A DNA stretch of 64,000 nucleotides from Lama glama (taxonomy: Eukaryota), in assembly GCA_028534125.1 (NCBI GenBank), contig CM052817.1:48920001-48984000 (forward strand). The letters are read 5' to 3'. Both the position numbers and the translations under genes were made by a program. Under the pieces are notes generated by a model. That model was not told the DNA's origin and searched no databases. It worked only from the letters and a program-made list of their open reading frames with translations. Positions within the stretch are counted from its first letter, which is position 1. Every line of letters starts with the position of its first letter. This document shows positions 63,163 to 64,000 of the stretch, one piece after another.

Positions 63163-64000
63163 ACTGAAATCCTCCACTTGTCTTTCTCAATCATGTTAAT
63201 TATGAGATCATATTATAAAACTGCAAATACTGCCCAAATCCTGTCCCCACAGACACTAAGAGTGAAATTAATAGAGTGATTTACAATAGAATATTGTGAA
63301 ATAGAGTGATCAGGAAGCACATGGAAATGTCAAATGTTAATCTCAGTTTCAATCTAGGAAATGTGATTTTGACAAAGACAAATATGGTAGAATAAATCAC
63401 ATTAGAATTGAAGTGGCAGAAATGTTTCTTGAGAACACCATTTACTTTAGTTCAAGAAATATGTGTTCGAAATGGAACAAATCTATGCCAAAAATATATC
63501 ATCCAATGAAAATTTTACCTTTGTCTAGTATGGTGACAACTGTCAATTAAATTGGAGTCATCATTTATTTCAAATATGTTTCCTACAAACTATTACATTT
63601 TACATTTATTCTATTGACTTTAGGATATTTCCTTAAAGTATATTCAAGTGCTTGGAAAAATTTGGTAATCTTTTGGGTATTGCATGGTAAAATAATTCTT
63701 ATCCTTAAATTAAGTAACCATAAAATCTCAGTAGTATATATTTCACATAGGGACTGGATGCCTATAGTTGGAATTTAATTTCCTTCCTTTGAGTCTTAAA
63801 TGTTTCTCAGTGGAAGTCATGAGTTGACGTAATTATGCTAGATAGAAGAAACTAAACTGGTTTCACTAAGTCCCTAGACAAATTTACAAAAAATATTTCT
63901 TTGCTACTTATTGGGTAATTTAATGTATTCAGAACCAAAAATCAGCAAATCATGTAAAATTTAAATAAATCATACATCTTTATTCATCATTACTCAAAAT

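Noticed and set aside
1..64000. CRISPR arrays, rRNA or tRNA genes, prokaryotic systems and the remaining 60-135 aa ORFs
   Set aside because: This is mammalian intronic and intergenic DNA; tRNA-like boxes belong to SINEs, and the short ORFs lack recognisable homology or splice context.

Overview
AT-rich mammalian genomic DNA from the casein/secretory calcium-binding phosphoprotein (SCPP) gene cluster of a camelid, most likely a South American one (alpaca/llama-type alpha-s2-casein residues and camelid-type tRNA-derived SINEs). All genes are on the minus strand and have many micro-exons, so the ORF track misses them; I assembled them by hand from splice signals. From right to left: a statherin/histatherin-like gene (66-aa precursor, ~56.0-63.1 kb), CSN1S2 alpha-s2-casein (17 exons, 202-aa precursor, ~29.65-44.2 kb) and PRR27 (200 aa, ~13-25.8 kb). 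At ~1.7-4.3 kb there is an unassigned SCPP-style unit (TATA box, non-coding first exon, 45-nt stop-bearing exon, poly(A) exon) with no intact signal-peptide exon, possibly an unannotated decayed SCPP gene. Other notable items: three silenced exons in CSN1S2 introns, an extra SSSEE micro-exon in PRR27, an LTR just upstream of the CSN1S2 promoter that spans a 500-N gap, a triplicated non-coding module, a truncated U2 retrocopy and a perfect 123-bp tandem duplication. The rest is LINE-1, L2, MIR, LTR and SINE debris. Gene names rest on recalled orthologous proteins; no database search was run.
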